A stretch of DNA of 64,000 bases from an uncultured Muribaculaceae bacterium (GTDB lineage: Bacteria > Bacillota_I > Bacilli_A > RF39 > UBA660), in contig CAZLKF010000002.1 in the NCBI GenBank assembly GCA_964560085.1, positions 28,240 to 92,239 on the forward strand. Reading direction: 5' to 3'. The notes under the pieces are model-generated. The model had not been told where the DNA came from. It did no database searches and saw nothing but the letters and a program-made list of their open reading frames with translations. Positions within the stretch are counted from its first letter, which is position 1; each line of letters opens with the position of its first letter. Of this stretch, positions 42,489 to 51,376 are shown in pieces. A program made the position numbers and the translations under genes.

Positions 42489-43659
42489 GTTGATTTTTTT
42501 ATTTATTTGTACTTGTCTTTTAACTGGCTGCTGGAACTATAACGAATTAAATGAACTGGCGATTGTAAAAGCTGTTTCTGTTGACAAAAAAGGTGAAGAA
42601 TATATTGTAAATTATATGATATCCAATGCTGTTACCGAAAAAGGTGGCGGTCAAAATTCTAAACCCCAAAGTGCCATTTTAGAAGGAACTGGTGCAACAA
42701 TCAGTGAAGCGGTAACCAAAATAAATTTAACAAGTCCCAAAAAAACTTATATTGGCCATATGCTTGCCTATATTATTTCTGAAGATATTGCAAAAGAAGG
42801 TATAAAAGAAGTTAGTGATTACTTTTTTCGAAACAACAACTCTAAAAAATTCTTTAATCTTATTATTTCCAAAGATTGTAAAGCAAAAGATGTATTGGCT
42901 ATATTGTCTCCCCTTGATTCATTTCCATCGGATAACATTGTAGAAAATCTCGCAACGTCTGAAGCAATAGAAGCTTATGTCTCAGATATCACTTTTCCAT
43001 ATTTTATTAGAACAATTATGAGTGAAGGAATGGAAGCAACAACTAATGGTATTATCGTCATTGGTAGTTCTAAAAAAGGAGCAGAAGAAAAAAGTTTAGA
43101 AACGTCAACTATTGATAATTATATAAAGGTTGATACTTTAGGTCTTTTTAGAGGTAGTAAACTAATCACTTGGGCTGATCAGGATGTTAGTAAGGGTATT
43201 AATTTACTTCTAAATACAGTCACTCATTTTGAAGTTCCAGCTGATTGTGATGGTAAAAAGGTAATTTTTTTGATAAATAACATTAAAGAAAAAATCGATG
43301 TAAACTTAAAGAATAACATCGTTTTCAATATCGAAATTAATAGTGATAGTAAAATTGAAGAAATGACTTGTAACGTTAATGTGAGTGATGAAAAAGAACT
43401 AAAAAAATTAGAAAATATCCTTAAAAACGAAATATTAAAATTATTAGAAAAAACTTTAGATTTTGTCAAAAAAAATAAAACTGATGTTTTTGGATTAGGT
43501 AATCACATCTATTTAAATCATTACAAGGAATGGCAGAAATATAAAGATAACTGGAATGAATTATATTTTCCAGATATAATTGTTAATTTCAAAGTAAAAA
43601 CTAATTTATTAGTTCAAGAAAATACTAATGAAGGAGTGCAGAAATTAAAAGATGAATAA
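42478..43659 (+). CDS. spore germination lipoprotein, Ger(x)C family
   Basis: Lipobox LLTGCW and the GerxC N-terminal signature YNELNELAIV.A..VD. Confidence 0.85.
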   Translation: MKTKLIFLFICTCLLTGCWNYNELNELAIVKAVSVDKKGEEYIVNYMISNAVTEKGGGQNSKPQSAILEGTGATISEAVTKINLTSPKKTYIGHMLAYIISEDIAKEGIKEVSDYFFRNNNSKKFFNLIISKDCKAKDVLAILSPLDSFPSDNIVENLATSEAIEAYVSDITFPYFIRTIMSEGMEATTNGIIVIGSSKKGAEEKSLETSTIDNYIKVDTLGLFRGSKLITWADQDVSKGINLLLNTVTHFEVPADCDGKKVIFLINNIKEKIDVNLKNNIVFNIEINSDSKIEEMTCNVNVSDEKELKKLENILKNEILKLLEKTLDFVKKNKTDVFGLGNHIYLNHYKEWQKYKDNWNELYFPDIIVNFKVKTNLLVQENTNEGVQKLKDE

Positions 43660-44728
43660 AGAAAAAAGTATTCCTATCGGGCCAACTTTTACGTTAATGT
43701 TACTTGCAACCGTACCTGGCATTACTTTCTACACGTTTAAAGAAACAAGTGCCCAAAATAGTTGGTTATCTTTACTAATTGGATCATTATTGGGAGTATT
43801 ATTTATTTGGATGATCATTTCAATTAGAAATTATAGTGAAAAAAGCATTTTTGAAATCAATAAAATTGCTTTAGGGAAAATTTTCGGAACAATTGTTAAC
43901 TTTATATTCTGTCTCGTTTTTATTCTCTTTGCAATAATAATCTCTTGGCATTCATATGTATTCTTAAAAAGTCAATATTTAAATGAGACTCCTTTCATTG
44001 TCATTGCAATATCTTTATTATTACCAGGGTTATTTATGATTTCAAAAAGCAACACGATCTTAATAAAAATGAATATGTTTATTTTTCCGGCTATTGCCTT
44101 ATTATGCATTTTTGCAGTTGTCGGTTTAGTTTTTCAATTGGATATAGATAATATTAAACCTTTTGCCGAAATCGAAAATGCATCAATGTTATATGGGATA
44201 TTCACGTATTTTTCAATCACTATTCTTCCAACATACGCAATTACAAGCATCAGCAATTTAAAGAATAAAAAAAATATCTTTAAATACTTTGCAATCGGAA
44301 TCATATTAAATTTTTGTATTACACTCTTTACTTATCTAGTATTAGGGCGAATACTTGTTGATTTTGTTGATTTTCCAGAATTTTTTGTTTTGCGTAAAAT
44401 CGGAAATTCTACAAACAGTGCACGAATTGATAGTTTTATTATTGTTGAATGGATAATCTGCATCTTTTCGACAGTGAGTTGTTGTTTCTTCTTTGTAAAA
44501 AATTGTTTAAAAAATTATATTAAAAACTACAATAGCATAATTACATACATCTTTGGTTTTATTATCTCATTTGTATCTCTTTATGCCTTTGAAAGTATTA
44601 CTGATGGTAAAAACTTTATTCTTAAGGTATTGCCTTACATATCGTTCTTCACAATTTTTGTTACTAATTTTATAATTTTCATCATATTGAAAATAAAAAA
44701 GAAACCATTAAAGGTTTCACATAAATAG
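43652..44728 (+). CDS. spore germination protein B subunit (APC-superfamily permease)
   Basis: 358 aa, about 10 TM helices, overlapping the gerC stop; the operon order is A-C-B. Confidence 0.8.
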   Translation: MNKEKSIPIGPTFTLMLLATVPGITFYTFKETSAQNSWLSLLIGSLLGVLFIWMIISIRNYSEKSIFEINKIALGKIFGTIVNFIFCLVFILFAIIISWHSYVFLKSQYLNETPFIVIAISLLLPGLFMISKSNTILIKMNMFIFPAIALLCIFAVVGLVFQLDIDNIKPFAEIENASMLYGIFTYFSITILPTYAITSISNLKNKKNIFKYFAIGIILNFCITLFTYLVLGRILVDFVDFPEFFVLRKIGNSTNSARIDSFIIVEWIICIFSTVSCCFFFVKNCLKNYIKNYNSIITYIFGFIISFVSLYAFESITDGKNFILKVLPYISFFTIFVTNFIIFIILKIKKKPLKVSHK

Positions 44729-45436
44729 CAAAAAAGCAACTAAAGCAATAATTACAATGACTAAAATGATCATAACTATTTTTACAACAATTGAAGTTCC
44801 TTCTTCTTCTTCATTTTCTTGATCCGAAAGATGAATTTTAATTGAATCTGTAAAAAATGTATTATCGCCAGTATTTTCAATCTCTTCTATCGAGCTTTTA
44901 GTTTCTTCTTCATCAGTTTCTTCTTCATAAACCGATTCGTCTGAATCATCAGCTAAATTATCAAACATATTTAAGCTTAACTCAGTATTTCCCATATTCC
45001 TTAAAGCATCAATGCTTGTTTTATCATCTTTCTCTATTACTTCTTCTGTTTCATCATCAGAGGCAACAGTTGTAACTTCAACATCTAACTTATGATATGG
45101 TTCAACATCGCGCTCAGAAGCCGCTTTATTTAAATAATCATTAATATCATAATTTTTTTCTTCGGTATGTTCTACTTCGGTTATCTCTTCTTCTTTAGGC
45201 TTAATAATATTTAATTCGCGCATTTTTATTTCTTTACGATAATTTTCACGACTCTTTAATAATTCGCGAACTTTTTCAATATCAATTTCATTAGTACGTT
45301 CTATGTTGGTAGGTTTTTCAATATTAGAAAAATATGAATTTTCCTCATATATTTTCTGATATAATTCTTGATTTCTAACAACACGACTATTGTTTTTGTT
45401 TAATTCATAATCATGTCTATCTAATCTACTCGACAT
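44717..45436 (-). CDS. highly acidic, low-complexity protein with a C-terminal transmembrane anchor
   Basis: 239 aa, E/D-rich, ending in a hydrophobic helix (IVVKIVMIILVIVIIALVAFLLFM). It converges on the ger operon. Confidence 0.45.
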   Translation of the reverse strand: MSSRLDRHDYELNKNNSRVVRNQELYQKIYEENSYFSNIEKPTNIERTNEIDIEKVRELLKSRENYRKEIKMRELNIIKPKEEEITEVEHTEEKNYDINDYLNKAASERDVEPYHKLDVEVTTVASDDETEEVIEKDDKTSIDALRNMGNTELSLNMFDNLADDSDESVYEEETDEEETKSSIEEIENTGDNTFFTDSIKIHLSDQENEEEEGTSIVVKIVMIILVIVIIALVAFLLFM

Positions 45437-45542
45437 AATATCACCATCTATTCTTAAATATATAATATCATAAATATTAGAATTTTTAAACAGTTTATTG
45501 CTTTTTAGACATTTTTTAGTGTATACTTGTTTAAGGAGGAAT

Positions 45543-45740
45543 ATGATGAAAAAAGTAAAAATAGATAATGAAACTTGTATATGCTGTGGTAGTTGTGTTG
45601 CAACTTGTGAAGACGTTTTTGGTTGGACTGATGATGGAACCGCTTGCGTAAAAGAAGATGCTAAGCTTGAAGAAAATAAAGAATTAGTTGAAAAAGCTAT
45701 AGAACAATGCCCAACTAGTGCAATTAAATATGATGAATAA
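45543..45740 (+). CDS. 4Fe-4S ferredoxin (Bacillus Fer-like, single cluster)
   Basis: C-x2-C-x2-C ... CP motif (CICCGSCVATCE...EQCPTSAI). Start ATG 45543 follows AAGGAGGA; the ORF-track start 45498 lacks an RBS. Confidence 0.8.
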   Translation: MMKKVKIDNETCICCGSCVATCEDVFGWTDDGTACVKEDAKLEENKELVEKAIEQCPTSAIKYDE

Positions 45741-45766
45741 AACCTGATAATATCAGGTTTTTTTGT
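45740..45766. terminator. bidirectional intrinsic terminator (ferredoxin / pilin genes)
   Basis: Perfect 9 bp palindrome AACCUGAUA a UAUCAGGUU flanked by a U run on the plus strand and an A run on the other side. Confidence 0.6.
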
Positions 45767-45767
45767 A

Positions 45768-47198
45768 CTATTTCATAACTAAACGCGTACTATTAGTCCC
45801 ACTACAGACAGATGCTGCAAAAGCAAATATCCCATTACTTGTTATACCTCCACCACGTGTTAGACAAAGAGAAGTGCCACCATCAAAACTCGAATGGTAA
45901 CTACCGTAACTTCCCATCGCCACATTAATAGCTTCATCTACAGAGTTGACATTGATGCTTTTTTTAGTGACCCATTCGTTTTCGCCACCATTCATTCCAT
46001 AAACACCTGTCATATTTCTCGTTGTGCTTGCAAAAACAGAACGCTCACTATAATAAATTTCATTAGTGTAATTAGCAAAATTATCGATAGTATAAGAAAG
46101 TGGTTTAACTTCATAAAGTCTATTACTAGAAATATTCTCTAAAGCATAATCTAAGATTGTTCCTGTATAAATATCTGTCGGATACACTTTTTCAGCATTA
46201 ATTCCATACTTGCTGTGAGTTAAATAAGCAATGGCAGCCCACTCTTTATTACTTATCATATTTAAATTTACTTCGCTTCTTAAAAAGCTATAAGCAGAAT
46301 TATACAATCCTTGAATATTTAAAATCATATTATCATAATTATTCCGATAAATTTTTTGACTATAACTACTATTTATTGTATTTCCAACTGGACTAGCTGG
46401 ATTTAATGTCGTAAGCTCATATTTACTAACCCAAAAACCACTTATTGCTTCTGTATCGTTAGTAAATGCCGAATGAGTAGTATAAACACCATTAGAACTG
46501 GTTGTTAAGCCTTTTTCAAAAATTATTTTTGCTGTTTTAAAAATATTATTTTCAGTTATAATCTCATATTTGTATCGCGGAATCCAAACTGCAAAAATAA
46601 CCTCATCGTTTATTTCATTAAATGGAATCACTAAATCACCGACTTGTAAACTCTTATATTTAGAAAGCAATTTCTGAGGAACTATTAAAGCATTAGCCCA
46701 TTTTCCTTCTTCATAGTTATACCATCTATCAGAATTAACTGTATCCGCGATAATAATATTGTTGTTGCTATCCCATGTAATTGGAATCATATTCGATAAT
46801 AGTAAAGGCTTATTAGGCAAGATTTCTTCAATATTAGCACTACAACTATTAACAACATCATAAATAACATTCTTACTTGAAAAAGTAATTTTTACTTTAA
46901 TTTTTGAATCTGTAATATTACTATTGGTTTTCGCACTTAAATCGGCAATATTTTCACTTAACAAAATTTCGCTTAAATCAATGCAATAAACATTACCGGT
47001 TTTATTCGAAAAATTATCTTTGTGTTTAGCATAATAACTTTGAGCAGCATTGGCTATTATCGATGATGTTGCTTCATCTATTTCCAAATTAGTTTCATCC
47101 ATTTTATCTAAAATAATTGAAACAGTAAAAACTCCAAGCATCGTTAAAATAACAATAACTGCCAGTAATTCTACTAAAGTAAACCCTTTTTTATTCAT
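45768..47198 (-). CDS. large prepilin-type (type IV pilin-like) protein with a C-terminal FGE-sulfatase/SUMF1-like domain
   Basis: N-terminal class III signal MNKKGFTLVELLAVIVIL (G/FTLVE cleavage-methylation motif). The C-terminus has ...EWAAIAYL... and GVYGMNGGENEWV, resembling the GxYDMxGNVWEW signature of FGE-sulfatase folds. Confidence 0.55.
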   Translation of the reverse strand: MNKKGFTLVELLAVIVILTMLGVFTVSIILDKMDETNLEIDEATSSIIANAAQSYYAKHKDNFSNKTGNVYCIDLSEILLSENIADLSAKTNSNITDSKIKVKITFSSKNVIYDVVNSCSANIEEILPNKPLLLSNMIPITWDSNNNIIIADTVNSDRWYNYEEGKWANALIVPQKLLSKYKSLQVGDLVIPFNEINDEVIFAVWIPRYKYEIITENNIFKTAKIIFEKGLTTSSNGVYTTHSAFTNDTEAISGFWVSKYELTTLNPASPVGNTINSSYSQKIYRNNYDNMILNIQGLYNSAYSFLRSEVNLNMISNKEWAAIAYLTHSKYGINAEKVYPTDIYTGTILDYALENISSNRLYEVKPLSYTIDNFANYTNEIYYSERSVFASTTRNMTGVYGMNGGENEWVTKKSINVNSVDEAINVAMGSYGSYHSSFDGGTSLCLTRGGGITSNGIFAFAASVCSGTNSTRLVMK

Positions 47199-47207
47199 TA
47201 TTGCCTC

Positions 47208-47777
47208 CTAACACGCTTCATTATAATTGCTAATAATCGTTTCACCACTTCGCGTTAATTTTATAGTTGCATCAGTTGCATAGAAATTTTCGGCTTCGTT
47301 TATTATATTAGGTGACAAATAATATGCATTTTGTAAAGCCAAAATATTTATACATTTACTCTCACCTTCAGCAATTGCAATATTTCCATCATTATAATAA
47401 CTTACAGCTGCTTCATTTATTTCTGACTCGGTTACAATACACTTTTGATTAACATCAAAAGAATTTCCTTTTTTAGCTATTTTTACTAGCATCTCCGATG
47501 GTAAAAGTTTACCATCACTATCTTTAACATCAGCAGATAATAACCCATCTTCTTGTAAAGTTAAAATTGTAACACAATAATCTAAATCATAAATATTATT
47601 TTTATTTTCTTCATAATAATCCTTAGCGGCTTCAACTACTAATAATTCTGTTGCTTCGTCTAACTTGTTAGTTGCATCAAAGAAACTACTAATAATGTTG
47701 GGAAACATTATTAGTGCCAACAAAGAGATAATTATAATGACGCCTAATAATTCGATCAATGTAAAACCTTTGTTCAT
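47208..47777 (-). CDS. prepilin-type N-terminal cleavage/methylation domain protein (type IV pilin / pseudopilin)
   Basis: Start ATG 47777 (MNKGFTLIELLGVIIIISLLA) follows AGGTGAT. Pilin-like globular domain with a C-terminal Cys. Confidence 0.7.
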   Translation of the reverse strand: MNKGFTLIELLGVIIIISLLALIMFPNIISSFFDATNKLDEATELLVVEAAKDYYEENKNNIYDLDYCVTILTLQEDGLLSADVKDSDGKLLPSEMLVKIAKKGNSFDVNQKCIVTESEINEAAVSYYNDGNIAIAEGESKCINILALQNAYYLSPNIINEAENFYATDATIKLTRSGETIISNYNEAC

Positions 47778-47812
47778 ATTATCACCTAGCTTAATTATAT
47801 CTTTTTTAGCAC

Positions 47813-47836
47813 TAAAAAACAACTATTATTTAGTTG
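47813..47836 (-). terminator. intrinsic terminator immediately after rpmF
   Basis: CAACUA aauaa UAGUUG followed by UUUUUU; the rpmF stop codon is in the loop. Confidence 0.45.
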
Positions 47837-48011
47837 CTTCTTCTTTTTTAAGAACTTCTTTTCCCTTATAAGTTCCACAATTTTTACATACTCTGTGTGG
47901 CTTAACATCGCTTCCACATTTTGGGCATGTAGTTGTAGTATTAGCATCAATTTTGTAATGAGTACGACGCATTCTACCTCTTGTTTTACTAATTTTTCTA
48001 AATGGTACAGC
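47826..48011 (-). CDS. rpmF: 50S ribosomal protein L32
   Basis: Start ATG 48011 (MAVPFRKISKTRGRMRR) follows AGAGGTG; zinc ribbon C-x2-C...C-x2-C. Confidence 0.85.
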   Translation of the reverse strand, partial: AVPFRKISKTRGRMRRTHYKIDANTTTTCPKCGSDVKPHRVCKNCGTYKGKEVLKKEEATK

Positions 48012-48033
48012 CATTTTTAACACCTCTTCTCTT

Positions 48034-48510
48034 TTATAATAGATCTTTTAATTTACTTAATTCTGAATTTCCTGCGGAATCACTCTTATTTAAGCGCCAT
48101 CCATCACCTTCAAGTTCCATAGATGATGCATCTTCACTTACAATATGAGTAGGAATTTCCATGAGTATATTTTCCCATATAATAGGCAAAATATCAATAG
48201 TATTCCCAATATTTTTAATATTTATGCTACTTTCTTCATATAAATTTAATAATTCGTCATTAATCGTAAAATCAAAACTATATGGAACATCCTTTAATGT
48301 AATTGCGCACTCTAAAATTGCCGTCCCTTTGACATTTACATCTAATACAAATTCACCCAAACTATCACGAGTGACTATACCTTTAATCTTAACATTGTTT
48401 AATTCTTTAATATCGCTTTTATCTAGTTGTTCAGTTGTAAACGAATATTCAAAATCAATGCCCGTATATTTATCAACGCCACCACGTAATCTCGTTAAAT
48501 CTATATTCAT
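48034..48510 (-). CDS. yceD: YceD/DUF177 family protein (large-subunit accumulation factor)
   Basis: 158 aa acidic protein in the conserved position upstream of rpmF. Confidence 0.65.
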   Translation of the reverse strand: MNIDLTRLRGGVDKYTGIDFEYSFTTEQLDKSDIKELNNVKIKGIVTRDSLGEFVLDVNVKGTAILECAITLKDVPYSFDFTINDELLNLYEESSINIKNIGNTIDILPIIWENILMEIPTHIVSEDASSMELEGDGWRLNKSDSAGNSELSKLKDLL

Positions 48511-48615
48511 AAAATCTCCTCGCTAAAAGATTATACATAAATATTTATAAAATTGCAAGTTTTTTTTATTTGTTTTAAGATTTTATATGTTATCATATTA
48601 ACAAGAGGTGATATC

Positions 48616-49746
48616 ATGAAAATAGGGATAGTTTGTGAGTACAATCCTTTTCATAATGGTCATATCTACCATATTAATAAAATTAAAGAACTATATCCAG
48701 ATTCAACAATTGTTTTAGTCGTTGATTCGTGTTTTTCTGAACGTGGGGACATTAGTGTTTTAGATAAATATGCTAAAACAGAAATTGCTTTAGCTAACAA
48801 TATAGACCTGATTGTTGAGCTTCCATTTGTTTTTGCAACTCAAAGTGCCGATACGTTTGCATATGGAGCCATTTCCATTCTAGATAAATTGAATGTGGAT
48901 ATGTTAATATTCGGTAGTGAATCAAATAATATTGACGAATTAAAACATGCAGCTTTAACGCAAATTGAAGATGAATCTTGTGATAATCTCATTAAAGAAT
49001 ATTTGGACGATGGTAGTAATTACCCAACAGCTTTAGCAAAAGCCTTAAATATGTTGACAGGAAAGACTTTTAGCAAACCTAACGATATTTTAGGCATCAG
49101 CTATATTAAAGCGATAATGGTAACAAATTCCCGAATTAAGCCTTTAACAATTGAAAGAACAAATGATTACAATGATTTGACATTAAACAGCATTTCAAGC
49201 GCTAGTGCTATTCGCAAAGCTTTAAATAGTAATAATGATATATCTTTATCAGTTCCGGAAATAACAAAAAAATATGTACGATTTATTGATGAAAATATTT
49301 TATTTAATTATTTAAAATTTAAAATCATCTCTGAAATTGATAATTTAAATACATACAAAGATGTTGATGAAGGAATTGAAAATCGCATCAAAAAATATAT
49401 TAATTGTTCTAATTCTTTAGACGAATTTATCTTAAACATCAAAACCAAGCGCTACACATATAATAAAATAAAAAGAATGCTAATTCACATTTTATGTGGT
49501 TTAAAAAAAGAAGATTGTCATAATTTAGAAATTGAATATATTAGAATTCTTGGATTCAATAAAAAAGGACAAGAAGTGTTAAATAAAATCAAAAAAAATA
49601 TTGATGTTCCTATTTACTTAAAATATAAAGAAAATTTAAATAAATTCTTTGATTTAGAATTTAAGGCATTATCTATTTATGCTTTAATTACTAATGATAA
49701 TAGTTTAATCGATAAAGAATACAAAAATGGTCCTATTATAAAATGA
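48616..49746 (+). CDS. tmcAL: tRNA(Met) cytidine acetate ligase TmcAL (YlbM/UPF0348 family)
   Basis: MKIGIVCEYNPFHNGHIYHINKIK..., the HxGH nucleotidyltransferase start characteristic of YlbM/TmcAL. Start 48616 follows GAGGTGA. Confidence 0.7.
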   Translation: MKIGIVCEYNPFHNGHIYHINKIKELYPDSTIVLVVDSCFSERGDISVLDKYAKTEIALANNIDLIVELPFVFATQSADTFAYGAISILDKLNVDMLIFGSESNNIDELKHAALTQIEDESCDNLIKEYLDDGSNYPTALAKALNMLTGKTFSKPNDILGISYIKAIMVTNSRIKPLTIERTNDYNDLTLNSISSASAIRKALNSNNDISLSVPEITKKYVRFIDENILFNYLKFKIISEIDNLNTYKDVDEGIENRIKKYINCSNSLDEFILNIKTKRYTYNKIKRMLIHILCGLKKEDCHNLEIEYIRILGFNKKGQEVLNKIKKNIDVPIYLKYKENLNKFFDLEFKALSIYALITNDNSLIDKEYKNGPIIK

Positions 49747-49758
49747 TATATTTCTATA

Positions 49759-50586
49759 TCATTTTTCTTTTTGACAAACCGGACAATAATAAGTTCCACG
49801 TCCACCAATTACCACTTTAATTATTGTATTGCCACATATATGGCATGATTCGTCTTTTCGTTGATGAACGTTCAATTTTTGTTGAAATCTTCCGTGGACG
49901 CCTTCACTTGATGTATATGATTTAATAGTTGTTCCGCCTTCTTTAATAGCGTTTTCAAGCACAATTTTTGTATTTGAAATTATAGTTTGCAATTGTTCAT
50001 TACTTAATGAACTAGCTAAAGTATATGGATTAATCTTCGACAAAAACAATATTTCATCCGCATAAATATTGCCAATCCCAACAATAATACTTTGATCTAA
50101 TATTACTTCTTTAATCGGTTTGTTCTTTTTTTGATAAGCTTCTTTTAAATAGTTCGGTAATAATGCATCATCCCAAGGCTCCAAACCTAATTCACTAAGA
50201 GGTAATTTATTATAAACATCAGCTTTTTCATATAAATACATGCGTCCAAACTTGCGCGTATCTTGATATCTTAAAGAAGTATTATCAGTAAATACAAATT
50301 CAATATGTTCGTGTTTATTTAATTCATCAGTTGGTTTTTTATAATTATATTTACCTTCCATTCTTAAATGACTTAACAAATAATACTTATCAAGTTCAAA
50401 CATCAACCATTTTCCACGTCTTTTAACATCTTTTATTGTTTGATTTAACAAGTTTTTTACAAATTCATCATTAGTAGGATATTCAACAATTTTACCATAA
50501 TAGATTTTAACATCTTTTATTTTTTTACCTAAAACTTTTGTTTTTAAAACTTCTTTTACAGTTTCGACTTCTGGTAATTCTGGCAT
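49759..50586 (-). CDS. mutM: formamidopyrimidine-DNA glycosylase
   Basis: MPELPEVETV N-terminus, H2TH and a C-terminal zinc finger CHICG...CPVCQ. Confidence 0.9.
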   Translation of the reverse strand: MPELPEVETVKEVLKTKVLGKKIKDVKIYYGKIVEYPTNDEFVKNLLNQTIKDVKRRGKWLMFELDKYYLLSHLRMEGKYNYKKPTDELNKHEHIEFVFTDNTSLRYQDTRKFGRMYLYEKADVYNKLPLSELGLEPWDDALLPNYLKEAYQKKNKPIKEVILDQSIIVGIGNIYADEILFLSKINPYTLASSLSNEQLQTIISNTKIVLENAIKEGGTTIKSYTSSEGVHGRFQQKLNVHQRKDESCHICGNTIIKVVIGGRGTYYCPVCQKEK

Positions 50587-50595
50587 ACTACTCTC

Positions 50596-51315
50596 CTATA
50601 ATCTTATTTCTTTTATTACATAATTTTCAAAATTCTTTTCAATGAATCTCTCAATAAATTCATTAATATTACTAAAATAAAACGTCAATTTATACTCTTT
50701 ATCTTCTAAAACAATACTATTTGCTAATATTTCACCCATATCAATAAACTCAATTTGCTTATTAAAAAAATCCGCAATATTATCTTTAATTAATGGATAA
50801 TGTGTACATCCAAGGACAATTGTTTGAGCATCCACATTGGTTAAATATTCAACCAAAACATCCTTCATCTCAAGACTATTAATCTCACCATTTTCAATCA
50901 AAGGTACAATCTTTGGACAAGCAATTTGCTTAAAAGGGTTAAATATTCCGCTTTGAATAGTCATAGATGTTGCCATAACAAGTATATTTTCAATTTTATT
51001 CTTATTTAAATAATTAATAGTTGGACTTAAAATATCTAGTATTGGAATCGAGTATTTTTCTTTTAAATATTTATAAACATTAGAGCTGATTGTTCCACAA
51101 GCAATTATTATTTGATCAACCTTTTTCTCAATGAAAAATTCAACTATTTTTGAACTTAGATTAAGTAATTCTTCTTTTGTTTTATTGCCATAAGGGGCGT
51201 TTAAAGTGTCTCCAAAATAAATATACTCATTATTGGGGTATTTTTTTATTAAAGAAGATAAAACTGTTAACCCACCAAAGCCTGAATCAAAAACACCAAT
51301 TCGCATATTTTTCAC
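50596..51315 (-). CDS. murI: glutamate racemase
   Basis: GVFDSGFGGLTV and IIACGT motifs; 239 aa. Confidence 0.85.
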   Translation of the reverse strand: MKNMRIGVFDSGFGGLTVLSSLIKKYPNNEYIYFGDTLNAPYGNKTKEELLNLSSKIVEFFIEKKVDQIIIACGTISSNVYKYLKEKYSIPILDILSPTINYLNKNKIENILVMATSMTIQSGIFNPFKQIACPKIVPLIENGEINSLEMKDVLVEYLTNVDAQTIVLGCTHYPLIKDNIADFFNKQIEFIDMGEILANSIVLEDKEYKLTFYFSNINEFIERFIEKNFENYVIKEIRL

Positions 51316-51353
51316 CTCATTTGATTATTATAGCATATTTTTTATATTACTCT

Positions 51354-51376
51354 TCAAAAAAAGAGTTTACACTCTT
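51354..51376 (-). terminator. intrinsic terminator after serS
   Basis: AAGAGU guaa ACUCUU plus UUUUUUUG; it overlaps the serS stop. Confidence 0.5.
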
